Shown piece by piece: positions 23,696 through 34,821 of a stretch of 58,213 nt of DNA. The stretch is taken from the NCBI GenBank assembly GCA_051942205.1, contig JAVECO010000059.1:62001-120213 (forward strand), given 5' to 3'. Both the position numbers and the translations under genes were made by a program. This DNA is from Coniocarpon cinnabarinum. Lineage: Eukaryota. Every line of letters starts with the position of its first letter. Positions within the stretch are counted from its first letter, which is position 1. The notes beneath the pieces are model-generated. The model was not told the origin of the DNA and did no database searches. It saw only the letters and a program-made list of their open reading frames with translations.

Positions 23696-24216
23696 GACGC
23701 AAACGTCGTGATTGAATGAGTGTGGGAGCCAAAATGTGGAATGTAGGAAATAGTGAAGGACACAATTGTTGAGTAGTGAAGGAAGTCGTCAAATGGCGGT
23801 CGGTGGATAGGTAGATATGATGAGGCTGCGACAACCTGTCCGAGCTAAGACGTTCACCGCCACTTACGCCTGCACCTATCGGAAGGTGCGACCTGCCTGC
23901 AAAGACAATCAGAAGTCGAATGTGGGGCCCCGGTCCTTTTCCCGTATGCTCCTGAGCGAGCGCCAGCTTTGGGCTCCAAAGCAATCAAGCCGGTGCCCTC
24001 TCTCATGGCGTTGGGAGCTCGCAAACGTCCAGTGCGTTTCTCAAGCAAGCTTCACACCGCGACGTGGGGGTTTAGAAGGGCATCATCTTACACTCGACCC
24101 AATGAAAGGCATGTGCTGCCCGTAAGCAGTATCCAATACAGTAGTGTCGACGTCCACGTGTCTACATGTCAAACCCGCCTAACTTCCCGTGTGGCATTGG
24201 CTCAGAACTTGGTTTG

Positions 24217-26684
24217 CTAGAGATCTGACTCTATCTCGCTAAGCTGACGGAACGTTTGCGACTTCTCTTGGGCGCGCTGAGCATCCCCCACCAATCTCGA
24301 CAGGATTGCAATTTTTGCGCCTGATTGCTTTTGACCCACAAGGTCTTCAATTCTCTCGCAACCTTTCATGTATCGTCAGTCTGTTTGTCTCTGCTCGAAG
24401 CGAGTTTGCCGACTTCACATACTTTGGTAAGCCTTTTCTGTCCGCACTAGAGCTTTCTTTAACAAGGGCTCACGTGCGCGCAAGTCGTCCTTGAAGCGGC
24501 CAGCAAGGCTAATATGAGCGTCTGCATTTGCACTACAAATCATTGCCAATAGCTCAGGGCTCAGCGCCTCAGTTGCCTGTCTCGCTTTGTCAGCAGGAAT
24601 TCCAACGTCAATCTAAACTATTCAGACTCACCTGCCAGTCTATACTTGAAAGCAATCTGCCGGCCTCTTCAGCTTCTCCTAGCGTGACCAGTATCTTGGC
24701 AAGTATAGCCACAGCCTCCCACAGCAAGGGCAGACAGTTTGTCTCCAGCGCAGCAGCGGCCGCTCTTGTACTGATACTAAAGGCTTTCTGTGACAGCCCG
24801 AAACTGACCAAGACATTGCATTTAGCGAGGAGAAGACGTATGCCTTGATACACGTCGATAGCAGATAGTGCGACGTCATAGTCTCGATTCGACAGGCCGT
24901 TGCGTGAGGACGACCAACAGTCGACGATGCTAAGCGCTTCAGTAAGATTCCGAACACGACGTTGATAGTCGACGCGTAGCATGTCGAAATCAAATCGCAG
25001 ACTGACGTCAAAGGGGGGCATGTCATTCAAGCTGGCGATGATTCCTTCTGCTTGCCTCAAATTGTCGCTGCCGTGTATGTCAGCATCGTTAATTCATGGG
25101 CAATCTGCTTATATCTCACCGCAAGAGATACCGCTTGAGCTTTATTAGCAGCGCGGTGACCTCGTACAGCTGCTGTACTTGCAACGTGTGATGAGCGCTT
25201 GGTCTGCCGTCTTTCATGTACTTCTCAGCTGCCCTGAAGTCGCCTGACATGGCGGCCGCAAAGGCATTGCGACATCGAGCTTGTATTTCCTCCCTTGCTT
25301 GTTGTGTCCGAGGAACAAGGTCCATGATCAGATTGTTGTAAGACATAGACAATGCACTATTGCCTATTCGAGCAAAGAGGACAGACTGCTGGCCATATTG
25401 TGACTTCATCTCGTTCCACATTCGGTGGCGAACATTCAGGGTTGCACACTCGTGCATTTTGTCAAGCGCCAAAGTAACGGGCTGTCCCATTGATAAAGCT
25501 GATTGAGCCTCCCGGAGAAGTGTCGCACTCACAATCGGCCATGCGCGGTTCTCAATAGCCTTGGCTTTCAAGAACGCCGCCTCGTGTAAGCCGGAGTCCG
25601 AGACTGTTGGCATATCTTCGTCTGGAGCATCTCTGCCTGTCATTGTCCGAACATGAGCCAGTGTATGCAAAGCGGAAATCAGACATGTTGTATCTTTATT
25701 TTCCCGAGCTATTGAGACTGTCTCTTTGAGAGTCTGAATGGCCTCAGAATAGCAGCCCAAATCAGCCTGAACTAATGCAGTGCTCAGTAGCGTTAATTGG
25801 TAAAAAGATTGACCTGATTTGAGTCGCACGTCGTAATCATAGCAGCGATGTAAATACTCAAAAGCAGTAGAATAGTCACCAGTCATTGCAGCCTCTAAAA
25901 ATTTGACGTAGAAGGTGGCTGTGGTACTTTGTGACGAGAGGGTCGAAATTTCCTCATCAAGCAATCTTTCACTGATCTGAAGCCGGTTCTGCGTCTCTTG
26001 CATTCGTCGATGCTGAGCGTCTAAGATTCTCTCTGCATCGTGTGAACTGATCTGCACTTTGTCGAGCTCATCCTGCTGATTGGATGGACCCAGATCCCCA
26101 ACCTTTTGCATGACTGCCGATATTCGACATCCACAGGCGGCATCTGTGGCTTGCAGTTCATCTTGGTCGTTGCAGATCTGCAGAGTAGCAAAAGGCGAGA
26201 CGAAGCGCGCATAGCTCTGCCAAAGACTGGCAACGTCCTGAAAATTCAACTTCTCAAATTCGAGCTGAGAACGTCGGACGAACGCACCGACAAGCGAGGT
26301 TTGTGTGATTACGATGGAAGCCGGAGGGTTCGGACTCGTCCTTGCAGCGAAAAGTGACCGAGAACTTTGAAAGAAATCGTATAGCGTGTCAACATGAGCA
26401 ACCTGCTGCAAAGTGATCAGATATTGTTCCCAGAGGGAGGCATCACTCCGCACGCAAGGAAGCTTTTCAAGCACCGCCTTAAGAGGTTGAAGTCCATCTG
26501 GTCGTTGTGATTGTCTGTCAAGTCCCGGGATCCGAGCACGTGTTTTGGAGCTATCCAGGGGCAGCTGTTGCGAGATTATGAAGGACAGTACAGGTACAGT
26601 CGCACTTGCAGGAACATGTCCCTCACAGTAGAGGGTGACTAACACGAGCAGGCAGACTTTATTGGGGGTAAGGTAGTGCGACAT
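24217..26684 (-). CDS. APC5: Anaphase-promoting complex subunit 5
   Basis: MSHYLTPNKVCLLVLVTLY, SLVGAFVRR..LEF.KL.F, GDYSTAFEYLHRCYDY and EA...LKETVSIARENKDTTCL; introns 25068-25119, 24577-24631 and 24363-24422; TAG at 24217-24219. Confidence 0.9.
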
Positions 26685-27161
26685 TTCAGCACAGCAATGT
26701 TCTCACATCGTCATACTGTACTGTAAGTCACAGTTTCACAGCGCCAAAGATGAGCTCGAGACTGAGAGCTGGCCTCCAGGCGTCTATTCAACGAGGCGCA
26801 GCTTTCGTGAGTGCATCTCAGATTACGCCCTTTCTGCGACAGGCTGGATCTGAAGATCGTAATTCGGAGTGTGCGGTTGATGTATACATCAACCCTCCGC
26901 AGTCGCGTTTCGAGCGAGTGGCGTACGCGTAGTGTCACAATGCTTCTACACGACCTGGCAATGTGTCCAGACAGTCATACCAATCTGGCACATCAGTGCA
27001 GGCATTGATATGCTCTTCATGCTCGACAGCCTTTATAAATCAACAGAACAAATTGAGATCTGCGACTACTTCACTGAGTAAACACATTTTGAACATTTCC
27101 TTTTCTGGCTTGAGAAGTGTAGTCCACAAATTTTCAAGACCATCTTCATCATGCGTTGTTC

Positions 27162-28039
27162 TTAAGGGCTAGGGCTAGACGTAGCTATTGGACTTTGAGC
27201 AGCAGTTGGGCTTTGCCTTGTGCTCTCTCCTGCAGCCAGATCAATATCTTTTGAACTCGTCCCTTCCAGTACGCCTCCCTCAAGTCCGTTGGTGGCCCAA
27301 ATCCGGCTGATCCTAAAATCAAATGGACCCGCCACGCGATCAGTCAAACCGATTCCGATTGTGCGCACCTTCTCTCGCAACATCTCTGATTGAGGCTCGA
27401 CTATGATTCCATGATTTGTTCTGACGAAATCGGCCCATTTGATTAGAACAGTTTCCCATTCTCCAGGCGCGTGCGCGTACAGACGATGCTGATGTAGGTC
27501 TGTAAATTCCACCGATTCTGTTTGAATGTTCACTTTGTATTTACGACCGTCCGATTTGATGCGTAGCGCGAGATAGTTGTAATGCTCAACATCCCACAAA
27601 GCTTTTCCAAACAACGTCGACGGCCTTTCACGCGTGCGAAACGCGGCGTATCCCGTCCGCTCCACCTGCTTCTCGTCTGCAGGGAGCTCATTCGAAATGG
27701 AGCCTGTGAATTTTGCATGAGCTGGTTCCTGCGTAGAGCCAGCCACATGCTGTAGTTGCGCCATAGAATAACCGCCAATGTCATGATCAGACAAGTCCAC
27801 ACAGCCCTCGACGGAGTCTGCTGAATCGAAGCTCCATAGCGGAAAATTGTTCTGCGGTTTGTTTAGAGTTTCGAGTTTGATCGCTGCTAGAAGGTTAGCT
27901 CTGCCTCTACAAATGTTGCAGTGCCAATGGGCAAGAAGCGCGACATACCGATATTCGACAGCCGCTTGAATTCATCGAGGCTGCGCCTCCAAAACCCTGG
28001 GAAGCCAGCAGCGGCGCGCAGTTGTCTTGCTGGCTTCAT
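27162..28039 (-). CDS. CIA30: Complex I intermediate-associated protein 30 (NDUFAF1 family)
   Basis: MKPARQL...GFWRRSLDEFKRLSNI, one intron, then SDHDIGGYS, RTGYAAFRT, LRIKSDGRKYKVNIQ, TDLHQHRL and IGIGLTDRVAGPF. Confidence 0.92.
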
Positions 28040-28334
28040 GATGGATGTCAGACATCTTCAACACTGTCCTGCAAAGCCATGGAATCTCTCTTGTTAGGTA
28101 ATAGGCGGATTGAACATTTGAGCTTCTCAAGTAGTCACTGCGTCATGCAAACGGCAATTGCTCGCTTTTGGCCTGAATATTCAGGTTAATATGTATCCAT
28201 GCGCGATCTGAACACGCTCGGACCGCATCACCTACTCCAGCGTGCTATTCCCACTGCGTATTGCAAACAGGCTCTCGAAATCGCAAGTATAGGTTCCGAA
28301 AGCCTATAGATTCGGCGAATACTAATCTGTACAT

Positions 28335-29315
28335 TCACCATTCGATGTTCTTTCTCACGCGAGCTTTTGCTCCTCGAGGCGGCCTTCTGACCACCATCCA
28401 GAACATCACCGTCGTCGCTAAGCTCAGTGAAAACCATGTGAATACATACTGCGTGTGGTTGTTGCGCAGATTTACCTCCGCTGGTCGTCCGATGGGCACT
28501 CCCTTCTTCTCCCTATCCCAGGTCATGATCAAATCTGGCTGCATCGTTGCTTCTATCCAAACCGGAGTGCTCCCAGTGACTCGAGCCATACTTTCGACGT
28601 CTGGGAAATACCACTCGTTCCTCTCCGGTTTGTTCTCAGGTGTAAACAAGTTCTTCTTCCAGGGTTCTCGCAATAGTCCTTGCACAGTCACTTCTCCTTG
28701 CGGTAGACCGTACTGAGCTCGCTCTCTCGAGCCCCGTTTAGCCTTCGCAATCCATCCCCGATTGACTAAGATCTTGCTTCCTCCTTCTCTTTCAAGCGGT
28801 GTCACCACAAGATAGCCATCGGCACCATCGTGAAGACGTGGCCCAATTAACATCTCTTGATCGTGTCGATATCTGCCCGTCGTGTACACTCTGCGGTAGT
28901 CAAAGTCGTGAATTGCGTTTGGATCGACGGTTGGAGGCAGGGGTAAAGGCGTCTGAATAAGCCGGTCTTCGAATCTTGCGACGAGTTCCGTCTTCCAGCC
29001 CAGTCTCTGTACTTGCCAACATCCCAATAGAAACGCTGTTATTGGTATTGCGGCGAGGACGTATATGCCAGGCCCATGCTTGCGGCGGGTGCTGATGAGT
29101 TGCGGAGGATTGTCAAGTACAGACACGAAATCGTCTCGGTCAGCAGGGTTCGCATAGCTCCTTCGTTGTACGTGCCAGGAATTGCGAACGAGGTTATGAG
29201 GTCGGGCTTGACGATGCGGACAGTTACACTTGGAGCCGTGATTGTGGATGATACGTGTGGGCGGTCGACTTGCGGCTATACGCAAGAAACGCAAGAGACT
29301 CGTGGAAACATGCAT
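28335..29315 (-). CDS. SHY1: SURF1/Shy1 cytochrome c oxidase assembly factor
   Basis: LGCWQVQRLGWK, GYLVVTPL, ILVNRGWI and LRNNHTQYVFTWFSLS; first ATG at 29315. Confidence 0.95.
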   Translation of the reverse strand: MHVSTSLLRFLRIAASRPPTRIIHNHGSKCNCPHRQARPHNLVRNSWHVQRRSYANPADRDDFVSVLDNPPQLISTRRKHGPGIYVLAAIPITAFLLGCWQVQRLGWKTELVARFEDRLIQTPLPLPPTVDPNAIHDFDYRRVYTTGRYRHDQEMLIGPRLHDGADGYLVVTPLEREGGSKILVNRGWIAKAKRGSRERAQYGLPQGEVTVQGLLREPWKKNLFTPENKPERNEWYFPDVESMARVTGSTPVWIEATMQPDLIMTWDREKKGVPIGRPAEVNLRNNHTQYVFTWFSLSLATTVMFWMVVRRPPRGAKARVRKNIEW

Positions 29316-29725
29316 AGCCGCTTCTGTGTTGGATGGCAACTATAGCGCAAAATGTATAGTGTACTTAAGAGTAGTGTATATGCTCGCCAGGATAAGCTTC
29401 GAAACCCGCCAAGGACGTCCGGGTACTCCCGTCTACGCCTGCCATGATGCCATCTGCACATGCTGAAGGTTCGAGAGCTTCCGCAACCGTAGCTACTGTG
29501 AAAGTGCTGCGAATTCCTACACACTGGCCATCTTCTCTGCAGACGAGCTGAAACTTGCCGAATCTGCGAAGCCGGGCACAGTTTTCGATTTTGATCTACG
29601 CGTGTTCTGCCCGCCGTATTTGCAGGCAGGGTCAGGCGGATTGTACTGCATCGCGGCTGTGGCGGAACACGACGCCGTTCGCTTCATCATCTCTTTTACA
29701 CATCCCTAAGTTTCCTGGATCCCTC

Positions 29726-31105
29726 ATGTTCTATCCCAGCGACGTACAGTCAGGCATCTCGACAGCCCTGCAGAGTGGTCGGTCGGTCGTTTGCTTCGTC
29801 ACAGACGATGGCGAGGAAAGCCAGTCGTGGGAGCATACTTGGCTCCGAAACCAGAACCTACCTCAGCAGCTTGAAAGCAAAGCGGTGACTCTGCGCATCG
29901 AGACAGGTTCCCAGGAAGCTCAGCAGCTTTCTGCTTTCTATCCCGTAGAAGAAGCTCCTGCGCTACTTATCATCAATCAAGGTCGCCTGGTTGCCCACAT
30001 TCGAAAAGGCACGGATGAAAGCGACTTTGCGCTATTAGTGCTCAAAGGTCTGCATCCAAATCTTGGACAACCGTCACAGATATTAAATGGTTCGCTGCCC
30101 CAACAAGCTGCTTCAAATCCCCCTGCTCCAACTGCGCGTAGTGAACAAGCTTCTTCACCGACTCCCGTTGCGACTACAAACGCTGGTCAGAGTGCTCATC
30201 AAACAAGCAGCCAGAGCATGGCATCCGTCGATGAGGGCGCCATGAGTACACCAGTCCCTCCCACGAATGCCTCAAATACGACGAAAAGTCGACAACAAGA
30301 CTCCTATGCGCAGCGTCAAGCACGCGCTAATCAAGAAGCGAGACAGGAAAGGGAGCGTGTTCGTGCGCTCATCGAGGCTGACAAAAGATCGAGAAGAGCT
30401 CGGGAGGAACAACGACGTTTTGAAGCGCAGGAAGCCAGTGCAGAGGCGCGTCGAGCGTCATCTGTGACGGCTGAAGTTGGGGAAATAGGCTCACAAACGA
30501 AGTCTAGGGGGGCCACAACAGCTGAAGCAGCCGTCTCGATCCGACTCATGGATGGCACCGCTTTGCGATCAAAGTTCGAGAGGGGAGCAACGCTTTACCG
30601 CGATGTCAGACCATGGATTGACGCCAATCGTACTGACGGAACGCTTCCATACACCTTCAAGGTCGTCTTGACGCCAAGACCGAGTCGCGCGCTTGACGAT
30701 GCGGACGAGGGAAAGACCTTGGTCGATCTTGGTCTTGCGCCTTCAGCGAGTCTGGTCTTGGTGCCAGTTCGGAATCTGTCGGAGGCATATCACTCCGGCG
30801 GTTCGAGAGGATTCATAGCTAGTGCGCCTGCTCTGCTGTATGGATACGTAGCATCGCTCGTCATGCTTCTGGTTGGATTCATCAAGAGACTGCTGGGTAG
30901 AGGCGACGGTTCTGAAGCAGCTGGGCCAAGCACACCGATGTCCTCGGAAACGGAGACACAAGATGCGAAAACAGGTCAGTCAAGAATTCGTGTCAAAACA
31001 CTACAAGATCAGCAAGACGGTACGCGTGACGACCAACAGCTGTACAATGGCAACACTCTAAACTTCGAGCCGCAACAGAAAGATAATGACGACGGACAAG
31101 CTTGA
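29726..31105 (+). CDS. UBX-domain Cdc48 adaptor (UBXN4/erasin-like)
   Basis: N-terminal thioredoxin-like MFY.SDVQSGI..A, a coiled coil, UBX SIRLMDG...F...TL..DVRPWI...LGLAPSASLVLVP, a hydrophobic patch, and C-terminal QLYNGNTLNFEP. Confidence 0.88.
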   Translation: MFYPSDVQSGISTALQSGRSVVCFVTDDGEESQSWEHTWLRNQNLPQQLESKAVTLRIETGSQEAQQLSAFYPVEEAPALLIINQGRLVAHIRKGTDESDFALLVLKGLHPNLGQPSQILNGSLPQQAASNPPAPTARSEQASSPTPVATTNAGQSAHQTSSQSMASVDEGAMSTPVPPTNASNTTKSRQQDSYAQRQARANQEARQERERVRALIEADKRSRRAREEQRRFEAQEASAEARRASSVTAEVGEIGSQTKSRGATTAEAAVSIRLMDGTALRSKFERGATLYRDVRPWIDANRTDGTLPYTFKVVLTPRPSRALDDADEGKTLVDLGLAPSASLVLVPVRNLSEAYHSGGSRGFIASAPALLYGYVASLVMLLVGFIKRLLGRGDGSEAAGPSTPMSSETETQDAKTGQSRIRVKTLQDQQDGTRDDQQLYNGNTLNFEPQQKDNDDGQA

Positions 31106-32168
31106 CCAGAAGTCATAATGATACTCAGCAGAGTCGTTGCATGCTCCTCCTCCACAAGATGCGTCAGGCTAATCGTGCTTCACGTTGCCGGCACCCGCTG
31201 CACAAATGATGAGGCTAAGACGTTGAAAGCTCCCGCGAGCTAGTCCGACGGATGCCGGGCGCATCAACGTACTCCAGAATACACCGTCTGCTCACTGACA
31301 GACGACAACCGACAGCACGGACGCACGCATCTGAAACTCACGTGGGGACAATGCACGGCAGTTTGGAGGAGCGTGCAGATGATGCAAAAGCTGCAGGCCA
31401 AGCTGCGGGAAGATGCCGCAAGGGCCGCCGGCGCATGCAGCTCTTGTGCGTTTCGTCACATTTCTGACTGCAACGCTGCGCCTGCAAGAGCGAATTGCCG
31501 CCATTGCGGTCGCCGTGGTCGCACTCTTCGCGGAGGGGAGCAGAGGTCGGCATGGAGCCTTTCTGACGGGTGCGGTGATGGCAAGGCAAGAAGGTTCGAG
31601 AGGGATGGGGGAGAAAGAGCTTCGACTCCCCCTTGCAACTCGGGTAGTGGTCCTGTATTAGTCCCGTTTGAGACGCTGAAATTGAAATTTTTGTTGAGTT
31701 GTCAGAGAGACGTGCGCACTGACGTGCACAACCCTCTCCTCCATCGCCCTTACCGAGCACTGCGAGTTGAAGAAGAGTGCACAACGAGGCGGTAGTGAGC
31801 ATTGTGGAGAGAGACAGAGAGAGAACGTCAGGGCGCCTCCCACCCCTCCCACCAATGAGCTTGCCCCGTTGCTCGACCATCCTCTGATTGACCACCGCTG
31901 CAACATACTCGCCTTCTCGCTCGACCCATTTCTAGCCGCCTGCGTGTCCAGAAGCTCCGTGCGGAATTCGATGCCTACATAGACGTCAACCACGCTCAAA
32001 TGCGGAGGTCAGCTGCGGTGCGGTCGGTCTGAAACAGCTTGCGCAACCTCCCTTGCGGCTATCGTTTCACAGAAGATCTTATAGCTTGTTGCTGGTCACT
32101 TTCTGCTTGAATCCAGCTTCGGACGTGTTGCTCAGTCTGAGAGAAGTGCGCCGAGCTTGTCGTCGACT

Positions 32169-33172
32169 ATGGCGGCGCAGACGACTCAATCGCTCAAGGT
32201 GCGACGCTGTTAGTGGGGCCTCGGCACTGCACTGCAATACTGACACTCTTTTTTTCCCCAGTGCGTTGTCACCGGAGACGGAGCTGTTGGCAAGGTACGT
32301 TGAACCTGAAGCATCGACTGGTCGTATAGATGATTTTTCTAATTGAGACTATGTAGACATGTCTCCTCATATCCTATACGACAAATGCATTTCCTGGTGA
32401 ATACATACCCACGGTGTGAGTGCCGCTCTGAAACGACCAAGAGTCACTTCACAGGCATGGAAAACGTCACTTCTCGCGTGCGAGTGGAGGAACACAGCCT
32501 TCAAGCCATCCACGACAGCATAGCGACCGGTCTGCTGACGGTGCCTGTGCGATTTAGGTTTGACAATTACTCTGCGTCAGTTATGGTCGATGGGCGACCG
32601 ATAAGCCTGGGCCTTTGGGACACAGCAGGACAGGAAGACTACGACCGGTTGCGACCACTCTCATACCCTCAAACCGATGTCTTCCTTATTTGTTTCTCAA
32701 TCGTGTCCCCGCCAAGCTTCGACAATGTCAAAGCCAAGGTATACGAGGCATCCTCCGCGAGCCGGCAATCACAGAGCTAGCGCGCCTGCCAGTCGATCAC
32801 AGGCTAATTACTCCGCAGTGGTACCCTGAAATCGAGCATCATGCTCCATCAGTCCCCATAATTCTTGTCGGAACAAAACTCGACTTAAGAGATGACACTT
32901 CAACTAAGGAGACGCTTCGCACGCGAAGGATGGCGCCCATCACGTTTGAGCAAGGCGTGGCTGTCGCAAAAGAGATCAAGGCTGTCAAGTACCTGGAGTG
33001 CTCAGCGTTGACACAGCGAAATCTCAAGAGCGTGTTTGATGAAGCTATACGGTGAGTCTCTGCGTGTGGACGCCTGCTTTCTGAATCTTGAAGGGCTGAC
33101 TTGCGCGCTTACAGTGCGGTGCTAAGTCCTCGGCCGCCGAAAAAGAAGGAACGAAAATGTTTAATTTTATGA
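32169..33172 (+). CDS. RAC1: Rho-family GTPase Rac, 6 exons
   Basis: [81 protein letters not shown]...|WYPEI...ECSALTQ...|[18 protein letters not shown] (polybasic region plus CAAX). Confidence 0.97.
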
Positions 33173-33836
33173 TTGAAAAGAACATAATCCTACGATGTAT
33201 GCCAGCCATATACTACATGACGTTGAGACAATGCCTTGTCTGCGATGTGTACACGACTCAAGTGGAGACATGGCAGGTTGATATGCAATTGCATCGCCAC
33301 GATGCTGCGATAGTAGCTTCGCGGAAGGTCACAAGACAGCGGACCGAACAACTAGTGCCTCGGATGGCATATTACGAACACCATACCACACAAACAGACT
33401 CCTCCAATAACTGGAAGGGCACATTATGAGCGATCTGGTTTTGAGCATGCATGCAGCTTATTGGGACCATTTAGTTGGGCATAGAGACCATGTTTGGGTG
33501 AGAGATAGTGAAGAGGAGAAAGATCGATCAAGGGACTTCAGCGTCCGTACACTCGCATGTTGTATTGCAAACAACGACGAGGGCCACTATCACAAAGATC
33601 AGGCCATCATAAACTCTACCACTTACGGCGCAACTATCTTGCGTTTCTCTCCTTCTGTCTGAGACTCTGTCGCGTAGATTTGTGGTGCTTGATTGCCTTT
33701 GTTTGCGTTGACTTTATTTGCGGACGGGCGCTCGGTGGCGGGCTCTGGTCTGTTCCTTCAGTCCATCCAGCATTCGCGGGTTTCTTCTCGTTAAATCGTT
33801 GAATGAGCTCTCTGCTCTTTGCCCATTGCTTCCACT

Positions 33837-34448
33837 TCACCCTGGAACGTGATCAGACCCCTTGGGCTTTCGAGGCTGACGATGCTTTTTGCTCTTGTTC
33901 TTCTTTACCCGATTGCTGTCCGTATCGGCACAAGTGGGACCAGCTCCATCAGCTTTTCCGCCTTGTCTCCTAGGGTGCCTGTTCCTCTTCCCGTCTGAGC
34001 CTCTGCGCTTTGGACGCCGGCGGTTGGTCCCGGTATTGTGGAGTTGTTCTGAGTTCGCTGCAGGTTCTGCGGTTGCCACCTTGCTCTGGTGCGCATAGTC
34101 TTCTGGATTCTCGATGCTTTTCGCAACATTGGAATCCGTCCTTGTGCCGTCCATTGCGATGTCCAAGCCACTCGCCATTAAGAGACCCTCACCTAAGCTC
34201 TCGACATTCAGTTCTGTCTCCCTGGCTCTCGCTGCCATCTTCTGCTCCAGTTCCCTGGCTGCGAAAAGTTCACTCATCTCCTTGGCCTTTCTTTCGTATA
34301 CCTCCATCCGCCGCTCCGCCATGACTGTGTTGAACTTGATTTCAGCTTTCAGGCCCGTGTCCATGAGGTTGCGGTGCTTGTCCATCTTGGCTTTCTTCGT
34401 GGTGCGCTGCTTTGGCGGCTTGGGCCGTTTCTTCGACTCTGGCGCCAT
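33837..34448 (-). CDS. Hypothetical Lys/Arg-rich protein; may continue to 33634 through a 1-nt frameshift
   Basis: ORF from MAPESKKRPK with coiled-coil and basic tracts; no family recognised. Confidence 0.5.
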   Translation of the reverse strand: MAPESKKRPKPPKQRTTKKAKMDKHRNLMDTGLKAEIKFNTVMAERRMEVYERKAKEMSELFAARELEQKMAARARETELNVESLGEGLLMASGLDIAMDGTRTDSNVAKSIENPEDYAHQSKVATAEPAANSEQLHNTGTNRRRPKRRGSDGKRNRHPRRQGGKADGAGPTCADTDSNRVKKNKSKKHRQPRKPKGSDHVPG

Positions 34449-34821
34449 GTTAGCGAGGTTGCAGAGCTTGCACACTTGGAGCAGATGGCTTGGGAATCCG
34501 CGCAAATGGGTGGTGTCATTGAAAGTCTGAGGTGCCAGCTTGAAGAACATGAAGCGGGCACATCAGCCACAGCAGGTGAAGATCACAGCTGTGGCTGGAG
34601 CAATGATCTGCGGAGCTTGGATCAGCCTACGACAAACTGAGGTCTTGGCGTCTTCAGCAGGTTGCGATTCCAGCTGGCCCTGCTGGCATGCGCGTCCTTG
34701 AGGCTTCAACTCGCTCTTGAATCCACGGAAGATACCTCACCCGTTCCGTTCATTTAGGAAACTCTCTCTATTCCTGAATTACTTGGCTGAACGACGTCAA
34801 CCTCGAGCATTTTCGTTGCCA

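Noticed and set aside
31252..32160. Overlapping ORFs and GA-rich tracts upstream of RAC1
   Set aside because: No coherent protein motif; consistent with promoter or 5' UTR sequence.
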